Origin: Pleionea sp. CnH1-48
GTDB taxonomy: Bacteria > Pseudomonadota > Gammaproteobacteria > Enterobacterales > Kangiellaceae
Assembly (NCBI RefSeq): GCF_024124665.1
Contig: NZ_JAMXSB010000005.1
Coordinates: forward strand, 293,672 to 357,671
DNA: 64,000 nt
Reading direction: 5' to 3'
The position numbers and the translations under genes are program-made. The notes under the pieces are model-generated. The model saw only the letters and a program-made list of their open reading frames with translations. It was not told the DNA's origin and ran no database searches. Positions 11,104 to 21,652 of the stretch are shown here, one piece after another (position 1 is the stretch's first letter; each line of letters starts with the position of its first letter).

Positions 11104-12245
11104 ACTTTATTCCTGATCTGTTGCAATAGCTTGACCTGTTCAGTAAACCCGATGATATCGTTATCTACTTCAAATAAGGCCAACTCGATTTGTTGTCTAT
11201 TTAATGCGGTCTTATGCTCTAACCACTCAATTTTTGTGTTTCTTGGTAAATTCTCAAAATCTCTAACATGCTTCTTAATACGAACCGTTACATCTTCACG
11301 TAAAGACTTCAACAAACCATAATGCCCATTGTGCCGTAACTTAAACTCAGCAGAGGACACGATATGTTGCATAAGTTGCCTTCTAACATTACTGAACTGG
11401 GCGAAAACGGGAGCCGTTTTTATTTGTTTATACCAAATAAGAAGGATCATAAAAGCGAAGAAAGAGACGATAATTGAAGAACCATACTGCCAAAACAAAC
11501 TAAAAAGAGAACGCACGTTGGTATCGTAAACGACCCACAGTTTGTCTGTATGGTGAGTGAGCTGCCACAAAAACATAGCATGATCATTTTTTTGAACATT
11601 CCTGTTTTTAAGAAAGTGTGCACTGCTTAAAACGGTAACCAGTCCATCACCATACTCGTATTGGACAACATGATTACCATTATCACTTCCACCAATAAAA
11701 GTGCTACTACCTTCTGAGTCGACCAGATAGTACTTACCGTGAAAATCTACTACCGTATTTTTTTCTGCATCAGTAAACGTAAACTCAGAGACCGCATCAT
11801 AATCGTAAGTTTCGTTTTCATATAAGCGCAGGCCTAACTCATCAAGAATAGGCGCTCCACTTGCGCCATTAGCATCATCAAATATTTCGGTTGCCACAAC
11901 AATAAGATGACCACCAGACTGAGCGAACTTTTTCAGATTTTCGAGTCGGCGTTCACTTAGAGCCTTACGTGAGTTAGTAAATAAATAGGTGTGCGAACTA
12001 TCCAACGGAGTATCAAGGAAAGTAAAATCACTGACGAGCTCAGCAGGCAATTGAACTTTCTCCAGAAACATCTGCGAAGCCAAGAAAGGATTTTTTATCG
12101 CTTCCAGGCTCATACCTTCATTATGCTCAACGTGTTCGATTTGAATATAGTGCCAATAAAACGTTTTATATAATCCAAACAGAAGCACAAAGAAAGCAAC
12201 AGCAACCACAGGCATGCGAACTTTTTTTGACTTAATATCAATCAT
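11100..12245 (-). CDS. DUF4350-like protein (MoxR operon member)
   Basis: 381 aa. N-terminal TM, then a soluble domain. Start and stop overlap the neighbours by 4 nt. Position matches the conserved operon, so the family assignment rests on context. Confidence 0.55.
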   Translation of the reverse strand: MIDIKSKKVRMPVVAVAFFVLLFGLYKTFYWHYIQIEHVEHNEGMSLEAIKNPFLASQMFLEKVQLPAELVSDFTFLDTPLDSSHTYLFTNSRKALSERRLENLKKFAQSGGHLIVVATEIFDDANGASGAPILDELGLRLYENETYDYDAVSEFTFTDAEKNTVVDFHGKYYLVDSEGSSTFIGGSDNGNHVVQYEYGDGLVTVLSSAHFLKNRNVQKNDHAMFLWQLTHHTDKLWVVYDTNVRSLFSLFWQYGSSIIVSFFAFMILLIWYKQIKTAPVFAQFSNVRRQLMQHIVSSAEFKLRHNGHYGLLKSLREDVTVRIKKHVRDFENLPRNTKIEWLEHKTALNRQQIELALFEVDNDIIGFTEQVKLLQQIRNKV

Positions 12246-13849
12246 GATGCCTCCTGAGGTTCAGGCGTCAGAAACATACCGTTCCAACGCAAACACAAAC
12301 TTTGCATCAAAGAATTCCCAGGCGGCTGATGAGCATAAGCAAATACTCGCCATGATTGAGTGAGTTCACTAAAAAACGAAGCTACGTTTTTATCGACAAC
12401 AGAGTCTACGATACGCACACACTCTAACTCCGTATAACCATCTTCGAACTCGCAATGGTGAGACTCGATCAACTGGAATAAAGTAGCACGATAAAGTAAT
12501 GACATAGCAGCACGACATTCGCCCTGCTGCCAAAGTGTCCATGCTTCATCGGCTGGAGAGTCAGGCAGAGATTCCTCATTAATCTCCAGACCAAACAAGA
12601 CATCTGGCTTCGCTTTTTTCTTTTTCCCTCTTTTAAAACTGGAAGAAAGATACTTACTTTCACTGAACTTCACAATTAACCATACGATAAGACCAAATGC
12701 GCCACACCAAAGCAGTATTTCAAATATAAAGGCCAATGACTTGCCGAATCCAGAGAATCCCGACAGGTCAGCAATTTCTTTGTCTTCTTCTACATCAAAG
12801 TCAAAAAAGTGCCTTTTCTTTGTCACCGTTTTATTAAAAGCCTCACTCTCAATAATTTCTTCAATGGTTTGTTTAGCTTGCTCATGTTCGATCGAAACTT
12901 TCTCTACCTCTGGCTCTTCAGCCAAACTATCACCTGGCGCAATCCCAACCGATAACACCAGAGCCAAACAGCAGCTTGCGATCAAGGCACTTTTCTTTCG
13001 CTTCTTTTCCTTTTCGTCAATACGCTGCCTTAGTTGCTTAAAAGTTAACTCAATGTCCCAGGCTTCAAGAATGGTTCTTTGGTTGATATATAAAGCGAAG
13101 CCTCCAGTCACATAAAATGGCGATATAAAACTGATCACTAAATAATGTATCAACACCTGAGAAACCTGAACGGCCATAACGGTGTCAGTCCAAATCAGCT
13201 CTCGTACCAAAGTAAAAATACCATCAGACTCTAACGCTAGCTTATTTCCCAGTTGTTTCAATAACCACTCAAGATAGTGCTCTGGAACAAACCAGATAAC
13301 CATTAACACAAGATTAAAATACACAACGAAGTGAAGAAAGAATAACAGCAATGTAAGCCAGGAGCCCGCACCCGATGCCTGCATGTGAAGAGTTTGAATA
13401 CGGCGACTGCGCCTTTGCCCGCTCAAACCTTCTAATTGAATAACCGCAGCATCCATCGATCGCGTAAAGCCCAGACGACGATACGTAAGAGTAGGAAACC
13501 ATTGCACAAAAAAATAACCAGGTAAGGACTTTAAAGTATCTTTAATGGAGGGGTACTCTCCAAACAAAGCCCGGCTGGTAAAATGCAGAAGCGGTCTCTC
13601 CCACAAAGGTTTTAACCACCAAAAACCAACAATAATCCAAAAGCCATATTCAGGGAAAAATATAAGTGGCAGCAATACAGGAATAAGAGTCACAGCAAAC
13701 CAAATGCCCCATAACGAGCGCCAATGGTGATGAGCCATGCGAAACCCTAAAGCCAAGGCTTCCCACCCACTTCGAGGCCTTACCTTTGCCGTCATTGACT
13801 CAAGCTTCATGACGAGCTCTCCGTGGAAACAACAAGTAAACGTACACAA
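12242..13849 (-). CDS. polytopic membrane protein with DUF4129-like C-terminal region (MoxR operon member)
   Basis: 535 aa with multiple TM helices. The true start is probably internal, because the ORF overlaps the upstream gene by 50 nt. Family assignment rests on operon context. Confidence 0.5.
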   Translation of the reverse strand: MCTFTCCFHGELVMKLESMTAKVRPRSGWEALALGFRMAHHHWRSLWGIWFAVTLIPVLLPLIFFPEYGFWIIVGFWWLKPLWERPLLHFTSRALFGEYPSIKDTLKSLPGYFFVQWFPTLTYRRLGFTRSMDAAVIQLEGLSGQRRSRRIQTLHMQASGAGSWLTLLLFFLHFVVYFNLVLMVIWFVPEHYLEWLLKQLGNKLALESDGIFTLVRELIWTDTVMAVQVSQVLIHYLVISFISPFYVTGGFALYINQRTILEAWDIELTFKQLRQRIDEKEKKRKKSALIASCCLALVLSVGIAPGDSLAEEPEVEKVSIEHEQAKQTIEEIIESEAFNKTVTKKRHFFDFDVEEDKEIADLSGFSGFGKSLAFIFEILLWCGAFGLIVWLIVKFSESKYLSSSFKRGKKKKAKPDVLFGLEINEESLPDSPADEAWTLWQQGECRAAMSLLYRATLFQLIESHHCEFEDGYTELECVRIVDSVVDKNVASFFSELTQSWRVFAYAHQPPGNSLMQSLCLRWNGMFLTPEPQEAS

Positions 13850-14783
13850 AAATCCACAAGAATGTGCCTACGGTATATTTTGTAGAAATAGCCAGCGTTG
13901 AACTTGACGACCAGAAAGCTTCAATAAAGGCCGCCAGAATTAAAAACAGGGTAGCGCCATACATCAAAGTAACCGCATCTTTAGCCGCTAACTTTAGCGC
14001 ATCCATACGGGTCAAATTACCTGGAGCAACGAGCGCCCAACCGAGCTTAATACCGGCCATTCCGGCAATAACAATGGCAGTTAGCTCAACAGAACCATGC
14101 CCAATAACAAAAGGGAAAAATGTAGAGGTATATTCAATATTGGTGATGTGGGCTGAAATCGCGCCAAAAAAGACACCATTGAATATCAAAAAAAATAAAG
14201 AACCTAGTGTAAAAAAGATCCCTGCCGCAAAGGTACGAAAAGCGATCCCAATATTGTTCTGGATGTAATGTCCGAACATTCTTACATCGGTATCGGATTC
14301 TCTCTCTCGTCCGATAGCTCCCGACGACGGGTCATACATAGCCTCAAAAGAAGCGACTTCAGAAGGTGGCAGCAAACTGTAAATGAGCTCGGGACTCACG
14401 ATTGTGAGAGCAAACATGATCAGTGCCGGACCATAAAAAATAAAGCTCGTCAGCCAAAAGAGTCTGGCATTGTCTTGAACTTTTCGAGCAAAACCATGAA
14501 AGACAAAGTTCAACACTTTTTTGCCAAGTCCCCAGCGACGTTGATAAAGGATTTGATGTCCTCGCAACGCCAATCGATCCAGGCGCTCAACTAAAAAAGG
14601 GCTGTATTGACGCTCTTTGGCGACGGCCAGGGAATGACATAGCTTACGATATAAAGCAGGAAATTCATCCAATAGTTTATTGTCCAAGGCTCCCTGTTTT
14701 GAACGTTTATCGTATAGCTCAATGATCAGAGCGCTTCTTTTCCAGCACAGCTCGTATTGCTTTTCAAATTCTTCTTGTCTCAA
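13800..14783 (-). CDS. SpoIIM-like (DUF95) membrane protein
   Basis: 327 aa. Cytoplasmic N-domain of about 100 aa, then 5-6 TM helices. 4-nt overlap with the RDD gene. Confidence 0.6.
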   Translation of the reverse strand: MRQEEFEKQYELCWKRSALIIELYDKRSKQGALDNKLLDEFPALYRKLCHSLAVAKERQYSPFLVERLDRLALRGHQILYQRRWGLGKKVLNFVFHGFARKVQDNARLFWLTSFIFYGPALIMFALTIVSPELIYSLLPPSEVASFEAMYDPSSGAIGRERESDTDVRMFGHYIQNNIGIAFRTFAAGIFFTLGSLFFLIFNGVFFGAISAHITNIEYTSTFFPFVIGHGSVELTAIVIAGMAGIKLGWALVAPGNLTRMDALKLAAKDAVTLMYGATLFLILAAFIEAFWSSSSTLAISTKYTVGTFLWIFVYVYLLFPRRARHEA

Positions 14784-15463
14784 CGTCGACCTCTAAGCCA
14801 ATTGGCAATAGCAAGCACTTTGTTCATACGCTTTTCTGATGAATCCGCTTTTAACATGGGCGCTAGAATATCCGTTAACTCATTGCAGCGATCTTTGCTG
14901 AGTGTATCAATACGTTCACCGAAATGGAGTATCGCACTCTGCTCATCAGAAAGCAGTGACACATCAGGCGCCTCTGCCTTAACTTCTTTTATCACAACTT
15001 CTTGAACTTCTTTCTTACGATGAATAACAATGGTTCCAGCCGCCAGGTCGCCTAGGCGCTTAAAATTGGAGTTCAAGAACATGCAGGTGACCCCAAACAG
15101 GTGAAAACCCGGAAAGGCATCTGCAAACCTCAATAAGTTACGCACGATTGAAGCCGCCCAAGAAACAGGGGTGCCATCGTCATTAACCACCAGAATACCC
15201 ATGGCTTTTTTGCCTGGTGTTGCTCCATCATTAAACATTTCAAAAAAAACGGCATAGAACCAATTAAGCAAAAAATAAAGAACGGCAAAAATACCCGCAC
15301 CAAAATTGCCAAATAGGCTAAAAACATTACCAATAATAATAAGAATGACCAGCTGAACAACCGCATCAATCATATAAGCCAGTATGCGCTCAAGAGGGCT
15401 GGCTACTGGCAAGCTCAATTCAATACCTTCAGGTATCTCTACCGTGTGGCTTGTATCCAACAT
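14780..15463 (-). CDS. RDD-family membrane protein
   Basis: 227 aa. 'LERILAYMIDAVV' and 'R..D' motifs with TM helices. First gene of the operon. Confidence 0.65.
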   Translation of the reverse strand: MLDTSHTVEIPEGIELSLPVASPLERILAYMIDAVVQLVILIIIGNVFSLFGNFGAGIFAVLYFLLNWFYAVFFEMFNDGATPGKKAMGILVVNDDGTPVSWAASIVRNLLRFADAFPGFHLFGVTCMFLNSNFKRLGDLAAGTIVIHRKKEVQEVVIKEVKAEAPDVSLLSDEQSAILHFGERIDTLSKDRCNELTDILAPMLKADSSEKRMNKVLAIANWLRGRR

Positions 15464-15785
15464 CTTAATTCCTTAGTTCCTTCATCCATCAGATACTCGG
15501 GCAGTTTACTGCATATTCAATGAAAAGCCTATATTCATTATCTGAGATTACGGACGATGGAAGGCATTGGCGATAGATTAAACAAAAATGCAAACCGATT
15601 CGCAATTCGAATGATTACAACTTGGACACTCAGAGTAAGCAAAGTAAGGTGCAATGGAAAGCTTAGGACACGAGGTCAAGATTGCCAACGATGCAGGTTG
15701 TTTAATAAAGCAATCCGTCGGCAAACCAAATTGATTTGATAGCTTTCAAACTAGTTGAACTGACTAATATTTCGACCCCTATATT

Positions 15786-15812
15786 GCCCAGTTTTTTAAC
15801 TGGGCTTTTTTT
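15786..15812 (+). terminator. intrinsic terminator oriented on the plus strand
   Basis: Stem gcccagtt/aactgggc with loop tttt, followed by T7-8 on the plus strand only. No plus-strand CDS lies upstream. Confidence 0.5.
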
Positions 15813-16413
15813 ATTTAGGTGCCGTTTGTTCAAACGAGTCTCTTATCGAGTGTAGCTTGTAATGTTCAAGCAGCGGCGAATGCTGCTTCCAGTCAAGCTC
15901 AGGATGTCTAAAGCTCAAATAATCCAAAAGACACAAGCTATTAATAGACAACAGGCTCCACATCTCCCCATAAAGTGGAAGTAATCTGGATAATTCTTTC
16001 GCCCCGCGTTCGAGAGCAGCAATAAAACGCTCTTTCCAAAAAAGAGACTCCAAAGCTTCTGCAGCTCTCATTTTCTCCTGTTGCAGAGCAACTGAGGTAT
16101 CCAGCAAGCCGGACACTAAAGAATAGGTCTTTCGAGCCTGCCAGTTATCCTTAACAGGGGCCCACAACTTTCCTTCGTTATGTTCAGAGTCAAGATACTG
16201 ACAAATCACCTCACTGTCATAAAGACTTTCTCCTGACTCTAACAGCAAACAAGGAACCTTACCTAAGGGATTAGTTTGCAAAAAGTCAGGCTCATTATCA
16301 AATGGATGACTCGAGTACTCGATATTAGAAAAGTCCAAGCTGGCTTCTCGCAGCATAATACGAGTAGCTCTGGCATAGGGTGAAGCCGTCGAATAAAAAA
16401 GTTTCATTGTCAT
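15811..16413 (-). CDS. glutathione S-transferase
   Basis: 200 aa. GST N-terminal thioredoxin-like fold 'KLFYSTASPYARATRIML' plus a C-terminal helical domain. Confidence 0.8.
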   Translation of the reverse strand: MTMKLFYSTASPYARATRIMLREASLDFSNIEYSSHPFDNEPDFLQTNPLGKVPCLLLESGESLYDSEVICQYLDSEHNEGKLWAPVKDNWQARKTYSLVSGLLDTSVALQQEKMRAAEALESLFWKERFIAALERGAKELSRLLPLYGEMWSLLSINSLCLLDYLSFRHPELDWKQHSPLLEHYKLHSIRDSFEQTAPK

Positions 16414-16426
16414 CTCAATTAAGTGC

Positions 16427-17914
16427 TTAGTTAGCTATCACAGTACGTCCCTGTGCCCATTGCTTCAATTGAGCAAACTGCTCAGCCATAACAACAGAAA
16501 GAGGACGAGTTTTATCGATTTCCTGTAGCAAAATACTATCACTCAAAGTGACTTTTTGGCCATAGCTAGAATAGAGCCCCGAAACAACTATCTGCTCGAT
16601 CTCCGAGCCAGTAAAGCCATCGGTTTTCTGCGCCAAAGCAGGCAAAGAAAAATCACTGGCGCTCATTTTTCGTTTTTCTAAATGAATTTTAAAGATCTCC
16701 ATGCGAGCATCAGTATCAGGCAAATCAACAAAGAAGATTTCATCCAGTCGCCCTTTGCGCATTAACTCAGGAGGAAGTTTAGAGATATCGTTTGCGGTTG
16801 AAACAACAAAAACGGGTTTATCGTTCTCCGCCATCCAGGTTAACAGGGTACCGAGAACTCTTTGTGATGTGCCACCATCATTGCTCTCGGTTGATATTCC
16901 TTTTTCAATTTCATCAAACCATAGTACACATGGGGCCATTAGCTCCGCCATGGTCAGCGCTTCACGTAAATTCTTTTCGGTTTCACCATGATACTTGTTG
17001 TACAGTGAACCAAAATCCAAACGCAATAAGGCAACTCCCCACATACCAGCAACCGCTTTCGCCGCAAGACTTTTACCACCACCCTGCACCCCAACAAGCA
17101 TGAGTCCTTTTGGCGGATCGAGCTCAAACTCTTCACGGCGATGAAAAATAGCCTCTCGCTGCTTAAGCCACTGCTTTAAGTTTTTTAAGCCTCCAACTTC
17201 AGCAAACTTGGCCGTTTCATATTCGAAACTCAGCACACCATCCATATTTAACAGCTCGAACTTTGCCTTATTCACAGCAGGCAGCTCATCTTCGGTGATA
17301 GCCCCGTCATCGCTAATGATGTTTTGAATCAACTGACGAGCATCTGCGTAAGTTAAGCCCTGCAAGTTACTGATCAGTCGAGCGAGGGTATTCGAGTCCG
17401 TGCGCACCCGCTTATTGTGCTTGCGAGACCAGATTTTGGCTTCACTGCGAATAAGCTGCTCCAGCTGTTCTTTGTTCGGTAATGCCATACTAAACTGGGA
17501 TGCAAATCGGCTGATTTCTGCTGGCAAAGATAACTCATGAGAAATAAACACCAAGGTATGGCCATTGGTTGTGTCGAGTGAAATCTCTTTTATCAGACGG
17601 ATAATTTGCGGGGCTTCTTGAAGGTAAGGATGAAAGTCACATAAAACGTAAATAGAAGGTCTACGCGCCGTCTTGATATGCCGTAAAACATCTTCTGGGG
17701 TCTGAGTATCTTCAAGGGCATGCAATGGTTGATTAACATCAACACGCGACAATCCATCAACGACATCCCAGGACATCAAAGGCTTGTTAAAGGAAAACGC
17801 GATGTTAGATAACAGGTCAATCGCTCGTTTTTCTTCGTGAGTCTCTATATTAATAATTGGGATACTTGATTGAACCAGTAATTTAAGGTCGTTTAACTCT
17901 GTCTTTCCACTCAT
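16427..17914 (-). CDS. AAA-family ATPase
   Basis: 495 aa. Walker A 'GVQGGGKS', Walker B 'VLWFDEIEK', second region of homology 'VVSTANDISKLPPELMRKGRLDEIF'. Confidence 0.85.
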   Translation of the reverse strand: MSGKTELNDLKLLVQSSIPIINIETHEEKRAIDLLSNIAFSFNKPLMSWDVVDGLSRVDVNQPLHALEDTQTPEDVLRHIKTARRPSIYVLCDFHPYLQEAPQIIRLIKEISLDTTNGHTLVFISHELSLPAEISRFASQFSMALPNKEQLEQLIRSEAKIWSRKHNKRVRTDSNTLARLISNLQGLTYADARQLIQNIISDDGAITEDELPAVNKAKFELLNMDGVLSFEYETAKFAEVGGLKNLKQWLKQREAIFHRREEFELDPPKGLMLVGVQGGGKSLAAKAVAGMWGVALLRLDFGSLYNKYHGETEKNLREALTMAELMAPCVLWFDEIEKGISTESNDGGTSQRVLGTLLTWMAENDKPVFVVSTANDISKLPPELMRKGRLDEIFFVDLPDTDARMEIFKIHLEKRKMSASDFSLPALAQKTDGFTGSEIEQIVVSGLYSSYGQKVTLSDSILLQEIDKTRPLSVVMAEQFAQLKQWAQGRTVIAN

Positions 17915-18074
17915 TCTTTAATTTCCAATGACTGCTTCGCTCGCCTTTGAGTCGATCTAACTCATCTACCATACAAACGATGTGCAGTTAACGCCTGCAG
18001 CTTTCAAAAGCGGTATGTTTATCTGGATGGGTTTTATTTATAATAATCTAAGTTTAACCAAAACCGAATCAATT

Positions 18075-18716
18075 ATGCGACATTATAATTTGCTCGATAC
18101 ATTGCTTACTAGCGCCGACAATGCCTTAAGGACTCTGGCAGGCGGCTACCAGACAACTCCTCGCTCTAACCCCAGCCACAAGGTGACCAATGAAAAAGAG
18201 CTAGATGACGCAGAAAGACGCCATGTAGCAGGCTTAATGCGCATCAATCATTGTGGAGAAGTTTGCGCTCAAGCGCTTTATCAAGGACAGGCCATCACAG
18301 CCCGCAATGAAGAAACTCGAGCAAAAATGGAGCTCTCTGCAAAAGAGGAAAATGATCACCTGGACTGGTGCAAAGACCGACTAACAGAACTTAACACTCA
18401 TACCAGCCTGCTTAACCCATTATGGTATGCCAGCTCATTCACCATCGGTGCCGTAGCAGGTTTAGCCGGTGATCAGTGGAGCCTGGGATTTGTCGTTGAA
18501 ACAGAGCGCCAAGTTGTTAAACATCTAGAAAGCCATCTAACTCAGCTACCAGAGCACGATCATAAATCCCGTGCGATTCTTGAAGTCATGAAAGAAGACG
18601 AAGCCCATCATGCTACCGCTGCACTTGAAGCAGGCGGTGCCGCCTTGCCGCAGCCAATAAAAGCAGCCATGTCAGCGATGTCCAAAGTCATGACAAAAAC
18701 GGTCTACCATATTTAA
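18075..18716 (+). CDS. coq7: demethoxyubiquinone hydroxylase (di-iron Coq7 family)
   Basis: Ferritin-like ExxH motifs ('CGEVCAQALY', 'EENDHLDW', 'MKEDEAHHA'). Probable start MRHYNLLD at 18075; the track ORF 17982.. carries a 31-aa unlikely extension. Confidence 0.85.
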   Translation: MRHYNLLDTLLTSADNALRTLAGGYQTTPRSNPSHKVTNEKELDDAERRHVAGLMRINHCGEVCAQALYQGQAITARNEETRAKMELSAKEENDHLDWCKDRLTELNTHTSLLNPLWYASSFTIGAVAGLAGDQWSLGFVVETERQVVKHLESHLTQLPEHDHKSRAILEVMKEDEAHHATAALEAGGAALPQPIKAAMSAMSKVMTKTVYHI

Positions 18717-19086
18717 ACAATCCGTCGTTTAATGCTTGCAGAGGCGCGACGATAAGAGAGTAGCCACGGATTGCGCCCTCTCAGCGCCAGAGCAACAGCG
18801 CCAGATAAAGCTAACAAAGCAGCTCCCCATTTAGGCGCAAGAAATAATGTTGCTAACAAAACGATAATAAATGCCACTATCCGACTCCCTTTTGTTGTCG
18901 TATCAGCATTCATAGCTATCGCACTATACAGCGCTCAGGTACGAATGCGTCTGATTCTATTTCGCTCTTTTTTCAATGAGCTAATCGGTGAAAATCGGCT
19001 TTGCGTGATTCCTAAAGACAGAAAATAACGCGTTGCCAAGATTCTTAACTGGGCATCAAGCTTGATGATAGATAGTTTAGTGTGAC

Positions 19087-19114
19087 CGACATAAAATGTC
19101 AAGACATAAAATGT
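19087..19114. promoter_or_regulatory. tandem palindromic site gacataaaatgtc (x2)
   Basis: Two identical 13-bp palindromes (GACAT-AAA-ATGTC) at 19087-19099 and 19102-19114, in the 465-bp gap between convergent coq7 and the OsmC-like gene. Confidence 0.45.
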
Positions 19115-19180
19115 CATCTAGAGCAGGAGCTACTCTCCTATCATTTAGACATGAAATAGGGGAGCAGCCGTAGTGGGGTT

Positions 19181-19573
19181 TTAAACAATCTCGTACGAAT
19201 GAGTAATATCAACATTACCAGTTAACATCAGTGCAACGGAGCAATACTTCTCTAACGACAGCCCACAGGCTCTCTTAACATGATGTTCAGAAATATCTTT
19301 GCCAGAGATCACATAATGAGCGTGAATATTAGTGAAAACTTTAGGATCATTTTCAGCACGTTTAGCTTCCAAATTACATTCGCATCCTGTGATTTCTTGT
19401 CGGGATTTTTGCAAAATCATGACCACATCAATTGACGAACATCCACCCACAGCCGATAAAACAGCTTCCATTGGCGACAGATGCTCTCCATTACCACTTA
19501 AGCGAGTAGTTTGGCCGCTTTCACACTCGGCCAGAAAATTTAAATCTCTTTCCCAAATTACTTTAGCTTGCAC
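19181..19573 (-). CDS. OsmC/YhfA-family protein
   Basis: 130 aa. OsmC-like fold with paired Cys ('GGCSSIDV', 'GCECNLEA'). Divergent from crp, as yhfA-crp is in enterics. Confidence 0.75.
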   Translation of the reverse strand: MQAKVIWERDLNFLAECESGQTTRLSGNGEHLSPMEAVLSAVGGCSSIDVVMILQKSRQEITGCECNLEAKRAENDPKVFTNIHAHYVISGKDISEHHVKRACGLSLEKYCSVALMLTGNVDITHSYEIV

Positions 19574-19710
19574 GAAAAACCTCTTGATTTAAGTGATCTA
19601 AGTCTCACAACTTATTGAATTTTTTACACCTATACCAGGCGTATTACTTTATGCTAAAGTGTTCTAAAATGTAAGACAATATACTATTTTAACGAAAAGG
19701 CATTAGTCAC

Positions 19711-20346
19711 ATGTCATTGCCAAGGTTTATAGCAAAAGATACAACGATGGAATGGTTTATTTCTCATTGTCATCGTCGACGTTATCCATCAAAAAGCACC
19801 ATTATCTACCAAGGTGATAAATCTGAATCTCTCTATTTTATTTTGGAAGGATCAGTCACCGTTGTTATTGAAGACAATGATGGTAGAGAATTAGTTTTAG
19901 CCTACTTAAATGCGGGTGACTTTTTTGGTGAAATGGGTTTGTTTGATGGTCAGGACATTCGTAGTGCCTGGGTCAAAGCAAAAGTAGAAAGTGAAATAGC
20001 AGAAATCAGCTATTCCAAGTTCCAAACTCTGGTTCAAGAAAATCCCGACATCCTAATGCGCTTATCAGCACAGATGGCTATCCGTTTGAGAAACACCAGC
20101 CGCAAGGTGGGTGATTTAGCCTTTATGGATGTTACTGGTCGAGTTGCTCGGGCTTTACTGGAACTTTGCAAAGAGCCAGATGCAATGACGCATCCAGATG
20201 GCATGCAAATTAAAATTACTCGTCAAGAATTAGGCCGTATTGTTGGATGTTCGAGAGAAATGGTTGGTCGAGTGCTAAAAGTACTTGAAGAACAACAACA
20301 CATTTCTGTAAAAGGCAAAACCATGGTCATTTTTGGGGCTCGTTAA
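19711..20346 (+). CDS. crp: cAMP receptor protein
   Basis: 211 aa, collinear with E. coli CRP ('[21 protein letters not shown]', '[23 protein letters not shown]'). Confidence 0.95.
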   Translation: MSLPRFIAKDTTMEWFISHCHRRRYPSKSTIIYQGDKSESLYFILEGSVTVVIEDNDGRELVLAYLNAGDFFGEMGLFDGQDIRSAWVKAKVESEIAEISYSKFQTLVQENPDILMRLSAQMAIRLRNTSRKVGDLAFMDVTGRVARALLELCKEPDAMTHPDGMQIKITRQELGRIVGCSREMVGRVLKVLEEQQHISVKGKTMVIFGAR

Positions 20347-20364
20347 GATTCACTTAAAGAGCCT

Positions 20365-20946
20365 CTATTGAGTTCCATCCAGAAAGTTCTGCAGTAGTTG
20401 ATGACCAAACTCTGTCAAAATAGCTTCTGGATGAAACTGCACTCCTTCTAACGGCATCTGTTTGTGTCGTATTCCCATAATATATTCCCGCTGACCTGTT
20501 TGACTTTGTGTCCATGCAGTAATGTCAAAACAATCAGGCAAAGTATGCTCATCAACCGTTAATGAATGATAACGTGTGGCTTTAAATCCTGGCGCTAGCC
20601 CTTTAAAGACGCCGTCATTATTATGATAAATTCCTGATGTCTTTCCATGCATTACCTGCTTAGCTCTCACAACCTTTGCTCCAAAGCTTTGAGCAATGGC
20701 CTGATGACCCAAACACACACCTAAAATCGGCACCACACCAGCGTAATGGCGAATCACTTCAAGTGACACACCCGCCTCATTGGGCGAACAAGGGCCAGGC
20801 GAAACCACAATTTTCTCCGGCTTTAATCGTTTGATTTCCGATAAAGAAATATCGTTCCTTTTTACACATAAGTCAGCGCCCAACTCACGAAAATACTGAA
20901 CAAGGTTATACGTAAAGGAATCAAAATTATCGAGCATTAATAACAT
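20365..20946 (-). CDS. pabA: aminodeoxychorismate/anthranilate synthase glutamine amidotransferase component II
   Basis: 193 aa class-I GATase. '[18 protein letters not shown]', catalytic 'GVCLGHQ'. Confidence 0.85.
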   Translation of the reverse strand: MLLMLDNFDSFTYNLVQYFRELGADLCVKRNDISLSEIKRLKPEKIVVSPGPCSPNEAGVSLEVIRHYAGVVPILGVCLGHQAIAQSFGAKVVRAKQVMHGKTSGIYHNNDGVFKGLAPGFKATRYHSLTVDEHTLPDCFDITAWTQSQTGQREYIMGIRHKQMPLEGVQFHPEAILTEFGHQLLQNFLDGTQ

Positions 20947-20965
20947 GGAATAATTTCTAACTGTA

Positions 20966-21649
20966 TTAGGTATGAGCTATAGAAGAATTCAGCTGTAGCC
21001 AATCGTGAAGCTGCTCAAAATGATCAAAGACAGGGCCATCAAACTCATCGGTAATAGGACGTCCGTGATTATAGCCGTAGCTAAAACAAACGCATGACAT
21101 AGTGGCAGCGTGAGCAGCTTTAGTGTCGTTATGAGAATCTCCTACCATCAGCGAATGACTGGGCAAAATATCGGCTTGTTCGCATATCCATAATAGAGGC
21201 TCAGGGGAGGGTTTCTTTTGCGCTAACGAATCGCCACAAACCACCCATTCAAACAAGTGCTCCAACTTAAACTGCTTTAATAACAACTCAGTAAACACTT
21301 TGGGCTTGTTCGTACATAAAGCCAGACGATACTTAGTCTTAAGCAGTTCCAAATGCTCTTGTACTCCAGGATAAAGTTTTGAGGCTTCACCGAGCGATTG
21401 GTGGTAGTGTCGTTGAAAAATTTCAATCGCCAGCTTGAGTGTATCGGCTTCCGGTATTTGTTCGAGTTGAGAATATAAAGCTCTCTCAATAAGTTTTGCC
21501 ATACCATTGCCAATCCACTCGCCAACCCGCTGCTCTCCAGCAGGTTGATAGCCCAACTCCATCAACATCTTATCCGTTGCCAGAGCGATATCTGGAAGGC
21601 TCTCAATCAGAGTGCCATCCAGATCAAATATTAAGAGTTGATGCTCCAC
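20966..21649 (-). CDS. gph: phosphoglycolate phosphatase (HAD family)
   Basis: 227 aa. HAD motif I 'LIFDLDGTL'. Immediately downstream of rpe, as in the rpe-gph operon. Confidence 0.85.
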   Translation of the reverse strand: MEHQLLIFDLDGTLIESLPDIALATDKMLMELGYQPAGEQRVGEWIGNGMAKLIERALYSQLEQIPEADTLKLAIEIFQRHYHQSLGEASKLYPGVQEHLELLKTKYRLALCTNKPKVFTELLLKQFKLEHLFEWVVCGDSLAQKKPSPEPLLWICEQADILPSHSLMVGDSHNDTKAAHAATMSCVCFSYGYNHGRPITDEFDGPVFDHFEQLHDWLQLNSSIAHT

Positions 21650-21652
21650 TCA

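Noticed and set aside
17982-18074. N-terminal 31-aa extension of coq7 in the track ORF.
   Set aside because: Coq7 homologs start near MRHYNLL. The extension has no conservation-like features and would overlap the divergent promoter region.
18713-19028. Two overlapping small ORFs (66 aa minus strand, 85 aa plus strand) between coq7 and the OsmC-like gene.
   Set aside because: They are mutually exclusive and unsupported by SD or domains. The minus-strand Ala-rich one may be a real small membrane protein, but the evidence is insufficient to call it.
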